This document shows, one piece after another, positions 38,970-50,286 of a stretch of DNA of 64,000 bases. Source of the DNA: Candidatus Omnitrophota bacterium (lineage in GTDB: Bacteria > Omnitrophota > Gorgyraeia > Gygaellales > Profunditerraquicolaceae); contig JAZDMX010000008.1 of the NCBI GenBank assembly GCA_043800555.1, positions 5,340-69,339 of the forward strand, read 5' to 3'. The notes beneath the pieces were generated by a model. That model did not search any database, was not told the origin of the DNA, and saw only the letters and a list, made by a program, of their open reading frames with translations. The position numbers were made by a program, and so were the translations under genes. Every line of letters starts with the position of its first letter. Position 1 is the stretch's first letter.

Positions 38970-40926
38970 TTTCTAATTCCTTTATTTTGTCCCGGATTAA
39001 GGCGGCTTTCTCAAACTGCAGGTTCCTGGAGGCAAGCTCCATCTCATATTCTAACTCGGAAATATATTTACGCAACTCAAATTCATCTTTCGCCTGTCCG
39101 GTAAGCTCGATCACAAGCTCGCCTGCTTCGGCGAGGCCCTCGATCCCTTCCTTAATGGCTTTTTCGATTGAACGGGGGTTGATCTTGTGCCTTTTGTTAA
39201 ATTCCAGTTGCATTTTTCTTCGGTGCCGGCTCTCCTCTATGGCTTTTTTCATCGAGCCGGTAACCGTATCCGCATACATTATTACTTTTCCGTTGATATT
39301 GCGCGCCGCTCTTCCGGAAACCTGGATTAAGCTGGTTGCCGAACGCAAAAAACCCTCTTTGTCGGCGTCTAAGATCGCAACCAGGGATACTTCCGGCAGG
39401 TCTAAGCCTTCCCTTAGCAGGTTTATTCCCACCAGGCAGTCAAACTTTTTCTTTCTTAAGTCCTTCAGGATGCCGGAGCGTTCGATGGTTTGGATTTCCG
39501 AATGCAGGTATTTTACTTTCAGCCCTTTCTCTTGCAGGTAAGCGGTTAGGTCTTCGGCAGTGCGCTTGGTGAGCGTCGTAACCAATACGCGCTCGTTAAG
39601 CTTGGAGCGGGACTTGACCTCTTTGATCAAATCCTCGATTTGGTTTTCAGACGGCCGGACGCATATTTTGGGGTCGGCTATCCCGGTGGGGCGGATAAGC
39701 TGCCGGATTATCTTCCCGCCGCTTTTTTTAGTTTCGTATTCGTTGGGCGTGGCCGAAACAAAAACCGTTCGCTTTATCAGCTTGTTGAATTCCTCGAACT
39801 TTAAGGGCCGGTTATCCAGGCAGGAGGGCAGGCGGAACCCGTATTTTACCAAAACCTCTTTCCGGGATTTGTCGCCTTCATACATCCCCCGGATTTGGGG
39901 TATGGTTACGTGCGATTCGTCGATAATGGTCAGGAAATCTCCCTGGAAATAGTCGATTAAAGAATACGGCCGCCAGCCTTTGGGCCGGCCGGATAAATGA
40001 CGGGAGTAATTTTCGATGCCGTGGCAATAGCCGATTTCCTTTAACATTTCCATATCGTATTTGGTGCGGGATTCGAGGCGCTGGGCCTCGAGGAGTTTAT
40101 TCTGCGATCTTAAAGATTCAAGCTGCGCCTCTAATTCCTGTTTTATGGAATTAAGGCTGGCGTTAATCTTATCCTGCGAGGAGACAAAATGCTTCGCGGG
40201 ATAAATCGCGGCCCTTTCCAGGTTTCCGATAATCTTGCCGGAAACAGGGTTGAATTCGGATATTTTCTCGATTTTATCCCCGTATAGCTCCAGGCGGAGC
40301 GCCTTTTCCTGGTAAGACGGGAAAACTTCGATCGTGTCCCCTCTGACCCTTAACCTTCCGCGGATAAATTCATAATCATTTCTTTCGTATTGGATGCGGA
40401 TAAGCTTGGCGAGCAATTCGTCGCGGGAGTATTGCCGGCCTGTTTCCAGTAACACCAGCATTTCTTTGTAACTCTGGGGGTCGCCCAGATTATAGATGCA
40501 GGAAACCGAGGCCACGATAATGACGTCGTTGCGGCTGATTAAGGAAGTAGTCGCGGAAAGGCGCAGGCGGTCAAGCCTTTCGTTAATGGAAGAGTCTTTT
40601 TCTATGTAGGTGTCCGTCGAGGGTATGTAAGCTTCGGGCTGGTAATAATCGTAGTAGCTTACGAAGTATTCCACCGCGTTATGGGGGAAGAATTCCTTGA
40701 ATTCGGAATATAGCTGGGCGGCCAGGGTTTTATTGTGCGAGATGACAAGGGTGGGAAGGTTGATTTTGGCTATTACGTTAGCCAGCGTAAAAGTCTTGCC
40801 GGAACCGGTTACGCCAAGCAGGGTATTAAACTGTTTGGCGGAAAGGATGCTTTTGGCCAGGCTGTTTATGGCTCCGGGCTGGTCGCCGCAAGGCTTAAAT
40901 TTTGAAACAAGCTTGAAATTATGCAC
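38953..40926 (-). CDS. uvrB: Excinuclease ABC subunit B
   Basis: 657 aa. FKLVSKFKPCGDQPGAI, and the helicase motifs GVTGSGKT and DESH. Confidence 0.95.
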   Translation of the reverse strand: MHNFKLVSKFKPCGDQPGAINSLAKSILSAKQFNTLLGVTGSGKTFTLANVIAKINLPTLVISHNKTLAAQLYSEFKEFFPHNAVEYFVSYYDYYQPEAYIPSTDTYIEKDSSINERLDRLRLSATTSLISRNDVIIVASVSCIYNLGDPQSYKEMLVLLETGRQYSRDELLAKLIRIQYERNDYEFIRGRLRVRGDTIEVFPSYQEKALRLELYGDKIEKISEFNPVSGKIIGNLERAAIYPAKHFVSSQDKINASLNSIKQELEAQLESLRSQNKLLEAQRLESRTKYDMEMLKEIGYCHGIENYSRHLSGRPKGWRPYSLIDYFQGDFLTIIDESHVTIPQIRGMYEGDKSRKEVLVKYGFRLPSCLDNRPLKFEEFNKLIKRTVFVSATPNEYETKKSGGKIIRQLIRPTGIADPKICVRPSENQIEDLIKEVKSRSKLNERVLVTTLTKRTAEDLTAYLQEKGLKVKYLHSEIQTIERSGILKDLRKKKFDCLVGINLLREGLDLPEVSLVAILDADKEGFLRSATSLIQVSGRAARNINGKVIMYADTVTGSMKKAIEESRHRRKMQLEFNKRHKINPRSIEKAIKEGIEGLAEAGELVIELTGQAKDEFELRKYISELEYEMELASRNLQFEKAALIRDKIKELENATSR

Positions 40927-40953
40927 TGATCCAATAAATAGCCATAAGCTTGG

Positions 40954-41835
40954 TTAGACTACCTCTAAACTCATATCTACCGCTTTAACCGAATGCGTCA
41001 GTTCACCGATTGAGATAATGTCTATGCCCAGGGCAGCGATTTTTCTTACCGAATCAAAACCCACCCCGCCGCTAGCCTCAAGCAGCGTGGGAGGATGATG
41101 GCTTTTGAATTCGGTATTATCGCGGATCTTTATGGCCTCTTTCATATCCGCAAGGCTCATATTATCCAGCATGATCACATCCGGCTTGAAATACAAGGCA
41201 TGCTTGAACTCATCGAGGTTTTGCGCCTCGATTTCGATTTTAAAGCCTTTGGGGACGCTGGGCAGTTTTTCATAGCCTTCGGTAACTTTAAGATGGTTAT
41301 CTTTTATCAAAATCATTTCATCCAGGCCCATGCGGTGGTTATGGCCTCCTCCGATGCGCACGGCATATTTCTGCAATTCCCTTAATCCCGGGAGGGTTTT
41401 GCGGGTATCGGTAATCTTGGCTTTATAAGGCTCGATATGCTCGACGTATTCCCTTGTCCGGCTGGCTATTCCGGAAAGCATGCTTAAGAGGTTTAAGGCA
41501 ACCCTCTCTGCGCTTAAGATGCTCGAGGCTTTCCCTGAAATTTCCACGATGGCGTTACCCGCCTTGGCTTGCCTGCCTTCCTTGGCCAAAGCTTTAAATT
41601 TAACCGAAGGGTCCACCGACTTGAAAGCCTTTTCCGCTACGTTTATGCCGCAGATAACGGCCTTTTGCTTGGCTATGATTTTTGCTTCGATTGTTTTATC
41701 CTTGGGAATAGTCAACTGCGTAGTAATGTCCCCTCTGCCGATATCTTCGATTAACGCCTGGCGCACGATATGATTGAGCTTTTCCATGTCCAGCTTCGGT
41801 TCTGCTTCAGAAAGAAAATATTTACCTAAGGCCAT
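40954..41835 (-). CDS. nadC: Nicotinate-nucleotide pyrophosphorylase (carboxylating)
   Basis: 293 aa with quinolinate phosphoribosyltransferase family motifs (LDNMSLADMKEAIKI, GGV). Confidence 0.9.
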   Translation of the reverse strand: MALGKYFLSEAEPKLDMEKLNHIVRQALIEDIGRGDITTQLTIPKDKTIEAKIIAKQKAVICGINVAEKAFKSVDPSVKFKALAKEGRQAKAGNAIVEISGKASSILSAERVALNLLSMLSGIASRTREYVEHIEPYKAKITDTRKTLPGLRELQKYAVRIGGGHNHRMGLDEMILIKDNHLKVTEGYEKLPSVPKGFKIEIEAQNLDEFKHALYFKPDVIMLDNMSLADMKEAIKIRDNTEFKSHHPPTLLEASGGVGFDSVRKIAALGIDIISIGELTHSVKAVDMSLEVV

Positions 41836-44511
41836 CTTTTACTCCTCTTAGTTTTTGCGCCTCATCCTTTAGGTTTTTTAATTTCTCCCGTTCTTTCTCC
41901 ACGACTTCCGCCGGCGCCCGCTTCAAAAAGTTCTTATCGGAAAGCATCTTCTCTTTCGAGCTTGCGCCTGTTTCGGCCCTCTTGATTTTCTCCTCGATTT
42001 TTTCTTTATGTTTTTCTATGTCGATTACCCCGGCCAAAGGGATAATTATATGCATATCTTTCAGGACACCGGCAAACTCCCCCGGCGCCTTCTTGTATTC
42101 ATCCAGGATCTCCAGGCTGCTTAAAGCGGCCAAGCTTTGGATTTGGGCGGAAAGCGATTCTAAAAACGCCTTCTTCGCCTTGCCGGAAACAGCGATCTTG
42201 GCCCCCAGGTTGGCTTGCGCAACAGGAATATCGAGCTCAAGGCGCATATTCCTTATGTGCGTGATTACGCCCAGGGCTTCTTCCATTGCCTTTTCGCTCT
42301 TAGGGTCGATAATATCCTCCTGGATGTGCGGCCAGCTGGAGACCATTATTGAGCCGGAGTCATCCGAAAGCTTATGCCATATCTCTTCGGTGATAAAGGG
42401 CATAAACGGATGCAAGGCCCTTAAGAATTTCTCGAGTATTTTATACATTACGATTTGGTTATGCGGGTTGCGGATGTCCGGTTTAATGATTTCCAGGTAC
42501 CAATCGCAGAATTCATGCCAGAAGAAGGAGTAAAGCGAATTGGCTGCCTCGTTGAATTTGTAATTATCCAGGTTTTTCCCCAGGCCCTTTAAAGTGGAAT
42601 AAAACCGGCTTAATATCCAGCGGTTTGCCGGGCTTAGGTCCTCTTTTTTAAAGAACACGCAAAGGTCTGTTTTTACCGCCGCCTTATCCAGGTTCATCAG
42701 GATAAACCGGGAGGCATTCCAGATTTTATTGGCAAAATTTCTGCCCTGCTCAAACCTCTCTTTGGATAAATACACATCCTGGCCCTGCGCCGTGATGGAG
42801 ATAAGGCTGAAACGCAAGGCGTCGGCCCCGTATTCGTTGATGATCTCCAGAGGGTCGATGATATTGCCGAGGGATTTGGACATCTTTTTGCCTTCGATGT
42901 CGCGCACTGTCCCGTGGATATAAACGTCCTTAAAAGGGGCTTCCTTCATAAATGCAAACCCCGCCATAATCATGCGGGCGACCCAGAAAAAGATGATTTC
43001 CGGGGCGGTAACTAAGGTTGATGTGGGGTAAAAATACTTGAGGTCATCTTTGCTGCGGGATTCATCCGGCCAGTAAAACGCGGCAAAAGGCCATAGCCAC
43101 GACGAAAACCAGGTGTCCAGCACATCTTCGTCCTGGTGAATGCCCGTAGAGCCGCATTCAGGGCATTTATCAGGCTTGCAGCGGGAGACGATAACGCCTT
43201 TGGCCCCTTTTTTTCCTTTTGTTGAACTGCCTGCCTGTTTGGCGCAATCGTCGCAATAATAAACCGGCAAACGATGCCCCCACCATATCTGCCGCGATAT
43301 GCACCAATCCTGTATATTCTCCATCCAGTTCAGGTAAACCTTGCTCCATCGCCCCGGATGAAACCTGACCTTCCCCTTCTTTACCGATTCCAATGCGTAA
43401 GTGGAAAGCGGTTGCATTTTTACGAACCATTGTTTGGATAGGTATGGCTCGATTATGGTGTGGCAGCGGTAGCAATGGCCGGCGGATAAAGGGTGAGGCT
43501 CGGTTTTCTCCAGCAATTTTCTTTCTTTCAGGTCTTCTAAAATCACCTCCCTGGCCTCAAACCTGTCCATTCCGCTATATTCACCGGCATTCTGGTTTAA
43601 AACCCCGTCCGGCCGCATTATATTAATGAATTCCAGGTTATGTTTTTTGCCCATCGCGTAGTCGTTAGGGTCGTGCGCGGGGGTGACCTTTACTGCTCCG
43701 GTCCCGAATTCCATATCCACCGCGCTATCGGCGATAATCTTTATTTGACGGTTAACTAAAGGCAGGATTAAAATTTTACCGGCCAATTTCTTATAACGCT
43801 TATCTTTGGGGTTGACCGCGACCGCCGTATCTCCCAGCATGGTTTCCGGACGGGTAGTGGCTACCGTTACGAATTCATCCGGGCAATCTTTAAGCGGGTA
43901 TTTTAAATAATAGAGTTGCCCTGCAGGCTTTTATGCGGGGCTTCTTCGTCGGATAAGGCGGTCTGGCAGCGCGGGCACCAGTTTATTATGTAGCTGCCCC
44001 GGTAAATCAGCCCTTTTTCGTATAACCTGACGAAAACTTCCACAACCGCCTTGGAGTATTCTTCGTCCATGGTAAAACGCTCGCGGCTCCAGTCACATGA
44101 GGCGCCTAATTTCTTGAGCTGGCGGATGATGGTTGAGCCGTATTCCTCTTTCCATAACCAGACCCGCCGGATAAATTCTTCGCGGCCTAAATCCTGGCGT
44201 TTTAGCCCTTCTTTGGCAATCGATTTTTCCACGACATTCTGGGTCGCAATCCCGGCATGGTCGGTCCCGGGCATCCAGAGCGATTCTTTGCCTTTCATCC
44301 TCTGGTAGCGGATAAGGATATCCTGGATAGTGTTATTTAAGGCGTGGCCCATATGCAGGATGCCGGTCACATTGGGCGGCGGAATGACTATTACGAACGG
44401 TTTTTTGGCGGAGTTGCTTTTTGCGGCGAATAGATTATTATCTTCCCAGCTCTTATACCATTTGTCTTCGGTTTCTTTAGGGTTGTATTGCCGGGGGATC
44501 TCATCAATCAT
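41822..44511 (-). CDS. valS: Valine--tRNA ligase, disrupted by a -1 frameshift at a C-run (43919-43921) and read as two ORFs: 43903-44511 (N-terminus) and 41822-43840
   Basis: The N-terminal ORF carries the HIGH motif ([14 protein letters not shown]) and ends ...KSLQGNSII*. The +2 frame continues [37 protein letters not shown], colinear with E. coli ValS WHIRYPL...[19 protein letters not shown]. The KMSKS motif is present in the second ORF. Confidence 0.9.
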
Positions 44512-46075
44512 TTAACGTTATCTTTTAAAAGTTTATACTCGATACTGTCAACCAGGGCCTGCCAACTGGCTTCGATGATGTTCTCCGATACGCCGATGGT
44601 ATTCCAGCTCTCTGATTCATCGTGCGATTGGATCAAAACCCTTACTTTCGCGGCCGTTCCCGCTTTCTCATCCAGCACGCGCACCTTGAAATCAGAGAGG
44701 CGCATTTTGGAAAGCGTAGGATAGAAATCTTTTAACGCTTTGCGCAAGGCGTTATCCAGGGCATTAACCGGGCCGTCGCCGTCGACGGCAGTATGTTCTT
44801 TTACGCCTTTTACCTTAATCTTGATGATCGCTTCGGTAGTAATCTGCTTATCGGATTTCTTTTCGATTACCATGCGGAATCCTTCCAACTCGAAGAATTT
44901 CTTGTATTTCTTAAGCGCGCGCTTCATCAGGAGCTCAAAAGAAGCTTCGGCGGCTTCAAAATGATAGCCTTCATGTTCCAGTTTCTGCACGAGCTTGAGG
45001 ATCTTTTGGGTTTTCGGGTCATCTTTCTTTAAATCCAGGTCCATATCTTTGGCGCGGACTAATACCCCGGTTTTGCCGGCAAGTTCGGAAACCAGGACCT
45101 TGCGGCGGTTCCCGACTAACGCCGGATCGATATGTTCATAGGTCCGGGGGTTCTTCATGATCGCGTTGATATGCATCCCGCCTTTATGCGCAAAACTTGA
45201 TTCGCCGGTATAGGGTTGGTCTGCGCGCGGCTTCATATTGCTGATTTCGCTCACAAAATGCGAAACATGGGTTAGTTCTTTTAGCTTGTCGCCGGAAATG
45301 CAGTCAATCGACATTTTCAGCTTGAGGTTGGCGATTATGGGTATTAAATCCGCGTTTCCGCAGCGCTCGCCAATGCCGTTAATCGTCCCCTGGACGATAT
45401 CAGCGCCCGCTTCCACCGCAGCCAGGGAATTGGCGACAGCCAGCCCGGCGTCGTTATGGCAGTGGATCCCAAGGCTAACCTTGATCCTGGATTTGGCAAG
45501 AGCGGTTATATCAAGGACTTCGGATGTCAATGCCCCTCCGTTAGTATCGCACAGGCAGATTGCTTTTGCCCCCGCCTCTTCGGCGGCGATAATAGTTTTT
45601 AAGGCGTATTCGCTGTTTTTCTTATAGGCGTCAAAGAAATGTTCCGCATCGTAAAAAACAGTTTGCCCCTTGGAAACCAAAAATCCCACCGTATCCTTAA
45701 TCATCTCCAGGTTCTCGTTAAGGGTGGCCTTTAACACATCGGTTACATGCAAATCCCAGGTTTTGCCACGATAGTGATAATCCCGGCCTGCGATTTAAGC
45801 AGGGCCTTTATATTGGGGTCCTGGGAAGCTTTTGAGTTGAGCCTGCGGGTCATGCTGAAGGCGCAAAGCCGGCTGTTTTTTAGCCTGATGCCGGGCATCT
45901 TCAGGAAGAATTCCATATCTTTAGGGTTAGAACCGGGCCAGCCGCCTTCGATATACTGGATCCCCAATAGGTCCAATTCTTTGGCAATATTGACCTTATC
46001 CATTACCGAATAAGAAATTCCTTCTCCCTGCGCGCCGTCGCGCAGCGTCGTATCGTATATTTTTACCTTTGCCAT
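44508..46075 (-). CDS. 2-isopropylmalate synthase family / (R)-citramalate synthase-like protein, disrupted by a 1-nt frameshift at an A-run (45762-45765) and read as two ORFs: 45743-46075 and 44508-45752
   Basis: The N-terminal ORF is [19 protein letters not shown]...[11 protein letters not shown]. Its frame ends ...[12 protein letters not shown], while the other frame reads [23 protein letters not shown]. Adding one A restores [14 protein letters not shown]-terminal LeuA_dimer-type region is present. Confidence 0.8.
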
Positions 46076-46094
46076 GCAAACCTCGTTTCTTTTC

Positions 46095-47315
46095 CTATTT
46101 TGCCAGACCGAATTTATTATGCAATGATTTTACCGCTATCTCCGCGGATTTATTCTTGATGATGCAGGATATGCTTATGTCCGAGGTAGAGATCATTTCG
46201 ATGTTAATTTTACTTTTGGCCAGCGTATCGAACATTGCCGCGGCCACGCCCGAGTGGGATTTCATGCCCACCCCGACGATAGAAACGCGCGCGATATCCC
46301 CGTCCTCCAGGACTTCCTCTATCCCCAAGGCAAACGCCAATTTGCGGGTGATTTTTATGGCCTTAGCGGCTTGCGCCTTAGAAACCGTAAAAGATATGTC
46401 CGTCTGGCGAAGGCGGCTCACGTTTTGAACGATCATATCCACGTTGACTTGGGCTTCGGCGAGCGCCTTAAATATCCTGGCGGCAGCCCCGGGCTTATCC
46501 GGCACATTGCAAATAGTAATTTTGGCTTCGTTCCTGTTCAAAGTGACCGCGCTTACGACAACTTCCTCCATCTTACTGACCTCCTTGATAATCATGGTCC
46601 CGCTTTTTGCGGAAAACGATGAGCGCACATGTATGGGGACATTGAATTTCTTGGCTACTTCGATGGAGCGGGCCTGCATTACCTGGGCCCCCAAAGAAGC
46701 CATCTCCAGCATTTCATCATAAGTAATGGAATCGATTTTTCTTGCCTTTGGCTCAATCCTGGGGTCGGCGGTATAAATCCCGTCGACATCGGTATATATT
46801 TCGCATTCGTCGGCTTTGAGCTCTTTCGCCAGGGCAACCGCGGTCAAGTCCGAGCCTCCCCGGCCCAGGGTGGTAATGTCCTGATTGACGGACATCCCTT
46901 GAAATCCGGCGACTATGACAATCTTTCCTTTTTGCAGCGCCTCTTTGGTCTTATCGGCGTTGATTTTAATTATCCGGGCGCGGGTATGGCTGGAATCCGT
47001 AATGATCCCGACCTGGGAACCGGTAAAGGATATGGCCTCAAAACCCAGCTTATGGATAGCCATCGCCAAAAGCGCCACAGAGATCTGCTCGCCGGTTGAC
47101 AAAAGCATATCCATTTCGCGCTCGCTTGGCTCGCTATTGATCTTTCCGGCCAATGCGATCAACTCATCCGTAGTGTCCCCCAGGGCCGAAACAACGACAA
47201 CCAGGTCATGGCCTCTTTTGCGGTAACCGGCCACTCTTTCGGCAACCTTCTGGATCCTTTTGACGTTTGCCACGGAAGAACCGCCGAATTTCTGGACAAT
47301 CAATTTTTTACCCAT
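46095..47315 (-). CDS. lysC: Aspartate kinase
   Basis: 406 aa. MGKKLIVQKFGGSSVANVKRI, and two C-terminal ACT domains. Confidence 0.95.
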   Translation of the reverse strand: MGKKLIVQKFGGSSVANVKRIQKVAERVAGYRKRGHDLVVVVSALGDTTDELIALAGKINSEPSEREMDMLLSTGEQISVALLAMAIHKLGFEAISFTGSQVGIITDSSHTRARIIKINADKTKEALQKGKIVIVAGFQGMSVNQDITTLGRGGSDLTAVALAKELKADECEIYTDVDGIYTADPRIEPKARKIDSITYDEMLEMASLGAQVMQARSIEVAKKFNVPIHVRSSFSAKSGTMIIKEVSKMEEVVVSAVTLNRNEAKITICNVPDKPGAAARIFKALAEAQVNVDMIVQNVSRLRQTDISFTVSKAQAAKAIKITRKLAFALGIEEVLEDGDIARVSIVGVGMKSHSGVAAAMFDTLAKSKINIEMISTSDISISCIIKNKSAEIAVKSLHNKFGLAK

Positions 47316-47339
47316 TTAAGATCGCATCCCCCTGGCGGG

Positions 47340-48542
47340 TTAGACGGCTCCTTTTATAAAATAATCCATCAATTCGTGGCCTTGGCCGAAATAAAGATCG
47401 GACTTAGCCGCTTCTTTTTCGCTGTATTCCAGGAAACCCCTGGCAATTACATCCTGGCCGAATACGCCAAAAGGCACGACGTCCCGGGTGTGGGTTTTCC
47501 GGGAAACCGGCGTGGCGTGGTCCGGCAAAACCATGATCCTGAAATTATGCTTATTTCTTAGCTTCTTTAGGATACTGCCTAAGACCAGATTATCAAACCT
47601 CTCGATCGCGGTGATTTTTTCCCTTAAGTCCCCGTTATGCCCGGCCTCATCAGCCGCCTCCAGGTGCACGAACACAAAATCGTTATCCCGCAATGAATTC
47701 AGGGCAGCCGCAGCCTTGCCTTCATAGTTAGTATCGTAAAAACCGGTTGCCCCGGGGACATTGATGGCCTCCAGGCCCAGCAGCCTGCCTAAGCCTTTGA
47801 TCAGGTCCACCGCGGAAATCACGCTTCCGGTTAAATTATATTTATCCGTAAAACGCGGAAGGTTCGGTTGTTTCCCCTGGCCCCAGAGCCAGATCATATT
47901 CGCCGGGTTTTCTTTTAAATCAACGCGCACCAGGTTGATTTCATGCTTGCTCAAGATTTGGCGCGAATCCTCCATCAATTTAATGATTGTTTCGGCGGAA
48001 TCCCCTTTGGGCAGGTTCGGCGGTATTTTTTCTCCGCTAATATCATGCGGGGCCCGGCAGCGCAGTTTTTCAAGATGGGTATCGGCGCCGCGCTTAACTA
48101 CCAACAGATGGCGGTAACTTACCCCGGTATAAAACTTAATCCTGTTCGTCCCTAAATGTTCGTCTATATACTTAATGAGGATAGCCGCTTCTTTGGAGCT
48201 GATATGCCCTGCGCTGTAATCCGTCAGCCTGCCATCGGAAACCATTACGAGGTTGCAGCGGAAGGCCACGTCGTCATCTTCCAACCTGACGCCCAGATTC
48301 GCCGCTTCAAGCGGAGCCCTTCCCGTATAGTATTTCTTTGGGTCATAGCCAAAAATACTGATCTGCGCCACATCCGAGCCCGGGATAAAACCGTCAGGGA
48401 TGGTTTTTACCCTTCCCAGCCTTCCGTGCTTGGCGATAAAATCCATATTCGGGGTTTTGGCGGCTTCCAAGGGCGTCCGGCCCCCCAATTCCGGGATCGG
48501 GTAGTCGGCCATGCCGTCACAGACTAAAACAATGTATTTCAT
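47340..48542 (-). CDS. Cofactor-independent phosphoglycerate mutase (ApgM) family protein, a candidate non-orthologous homoserine kinase
   Basis: MKYIVLVCDGMADYPIPELGGRTPLE is the metalloenzyme N-terminus typical of ApgM. I chose the start at the ATG overlapping the coaB stop (ATGA overlap) rather than the upstream extension in the ORF track. It sits in the hom-thrC-...-lysC operon, which has no thrB. Confidence 0.75.
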   Translation of the reverse strand: MKYIVLVCDGMADYPIPELGGRTPLEAAKTPNMDFIAKHGRLGRVKTIPDGFIPGSDVAQISIFGYDPKKYYTGRAPLEAANLGVRLEDDDVAFRCNLVMVSDGRLTDYSAGHISSKEAAILIKYIDEHLGTNRIKFYTGVSYRHLLVVKRGADTHLEKLRCRAPHDISGEKIPPNLPKGDSAETIIKLMEDSRQILSKHEINLVRVDLKENPANMIWLWGQGKQPNLPRFTDKYNLTGSVISAVDLIKGLGRLLGLEAINVPGATGFYDTNYEGKAAAALNSLRDNDFVFVHLEAADEAGHNGDLREKITAIERFDNLVLGSILKKLRNKHNFRIMVLPDHATPVSRKTHTRDVVPFGVFGQDVIARGFLEYSEKEAAKSDLYFGQGHELMDYFIKGAV

Positions 48543-49174
48543 ATTTTCTTTCCGATTAAGCCAGTTAATGCCTTTGCCATTTTTTCTTTTGAGGAAAAAC
48601 AACCGCTCGTTTTGTCCCGGCTGACCAGGTATGCCGCGTATCTCCTGTTTTTTGCGGTATTCGCCACCACTAAATCAAGGCCGGCTTTTTTAAGCAAAGA
48701 GCGGGCCTTCTTTATAAGCTTATCATCCGATAAGCCGGGCTCAAATTTAAACCCGGCTAAAAACGAACCGCTCAAGGCCCCGCGTAAACCGCAGATGATC
48801 TTAGGCGCCTGTTTCAGGGTTAACCTTAATATTTTACGGGAGGAGCTAAGTTTTGCCTTATTTGCCGGAACCGGGGCGTAATCCGAAACAGCGGCAGCAT
48901 GGATTACGGCAGCATACCTTTTTTTAAGCTCCTTTTTCACTAACAGGCTTAGCTCGTCAAAAAACTTGAAATCTATAACTTTTATCTTCTTATTTAAACG
49001 GTAAGCCCCGATAGGCCCGAGTAATAACGTAACTTTTGAGCCCTGCGCCGCTAAATTTTCAGCCAATAAAACGCCTGTTTTGCCGGTAGAGATATTGCTG
49101 ATCACCCTTACGCTATCTATCGGCGCCCAAGTCGGGCCTGCCGTAATCAGGATTCTTTTATTCCTTAAAGTCAT
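48539..49174 (-). CDS. coaB: Phosphopantothenate--cysteine ligase (stand-alone CoaB)
   Basis: 211 aa. KRILITAGPTWAPIDSVRVISNISTGKTG matches the CoaB/DFP domain. Confidence 0.75.
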   Translation of the reverse strand: MTLRNKRILITAGPTWAPIDSVRVISNISTGKTGVLLAENLAAQGSKVTLLLGPIGAYRLNKKIKVIDFKFFDELSLLVKKELKKRYAAVIHAAAVSDYAPVPANKAKLSSSRKILRLTLKQAPKIICGLRGALSGSFLAGFKFEPGLSDDKLIKKARSLLKKAGLDLVVANTAKNRRYAAYLVSRDKTSGCFSSKEKMAKALTGLIGKKI

Positions 49175-49206
49175 TTATTCAGATGCCGCAAGCCCGCGGG
49201 CTTGCC

Positions 49207-50286
49207 TTAATAGCCAATTTCTTTTAAAATCGCCTGCAGGCGCGGCTTGATTACCTTTGGTTTCTTTACGCTTTTTATCGCCCGGTCAGGGTCTTTTAAC
49301 CCGTGGCCGGTCAGGATGCAGGCAATACGGGCTTTTTGCTTTCCCGATTTCGGTTTGCAGCCGCGAAAATAGCCTTTTTTAGCCAATTTCAAAAGCCCGG
49401 CAACTGACGCCGCGCTGGCAGGCTCAACAAATACCCCGTCATTAAGCGCAAGCATTTTATAAGCTTCCAAAATCCGGCTATCCGAAACCATATCGATCAG
49501 CCCGCCGGATTCGTCCCGGGCGTTTTCTGCCTGTTTCCAACTGGCGGGGTTTCCGATGCGGATGGCGGTTGCAATTGTTTCAGGATGCTTTATCGGATGC
49601 CCTCTTACTATCGGGGCTGCGCCTTCAGCTTGAAAACCCAGCATCTTCGGCAGGCCCCGGGAGGCTTTCGCAGCCCGGTATTCTTTATACCCCTTCCAAT
49701 AGGCGGTAATGTTGCCGGCATTACCGACCGGGATTACCTGAAAATCCGGGGCATCCCCCAGAAAATCGCAAATCTCAAAACTCGCTGTTTTTTGCCCTTC
49801 AATGCGGTAGGGGTTAAGCGAATTTACAAGCGTAACCGGGTATTTAGCGGTGATCTCGCGCGCTAAGCCCAGAGCCTCGTCGAAATTTCCATCTATTGCC
49901 AATACCTGCGCGCCATGGATAAGGGCCTGGCTCAACTTTCCTAACGCAATCGCCCCGCTGGGGATAAGGACAATGCATTTTATTCCGGCGCATGCGGCGT
50001 AAGCGGCAGCGGAAGCGGATGTATTCCCCGTTGAGGCGCACATTACGGCTTTTGAGCCTTGCTCGCAAGCCTTTGAAATAGCCAGGGTCATTCCCCTGTC
50101 TTTAAAAGAGCCCGTAGGATTTGAGCCTTCATATTTCAGGTAAACTTCAAAGCCTTTTCCCAAGAGCTTGCTTAAATACCCGGAGTAAATCAAAGGGGTG
50201 TTGCCTTCATTAAGGGTAATTACCGGGGTTTTATCCGTCACCGGAAGGTATTTCTTGTATTTATCTATTAACCCCAGGTATTTCAC
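49207..50286 (-). CDS. thrC: Threonine synthase
   Basis: 359 aa. The PLP-binding motif [13 protein letters not shown] is present. Confidence 0.93.
   Translation of the reverse strand: MKYLGLIDKYKKYLPVTDKTPVITLNEGNTPLIYSGYLSKLLGKGFEVYLKYEGSNPTGSFKDRGMTLAISKACEQGSKAVMCASTGNTSASAAAYAACAGIKCIVLIPSGAIALGKLSQALIHGAQVLAIDGNFDEALGLAREITAKYPVTLVNSLNPYRIEGQKTASFEICDFLGDAPDFQVIPVGNAGNITAYWKGYKEYRAAKASRGLPKMLGFQAEGAAPIVRGHPIKHPETIATAIRIGNPASWKQAENARDESGGLIDMVSDSRILEAYKMLALNDGVFVEPASAASVAGLLKLAKKGYFRGCKPKSGKQKARIACILTGHGLKDPDRAIKSVKKPKVIKPRLQAILKEIGY

Noticed and set aside
43170-43475. 101-aa minus-strand ORF inside valS
   Set aside because: It is in a different frame, nested in the valS coding region. 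valS is continuous there, so this is spurious.
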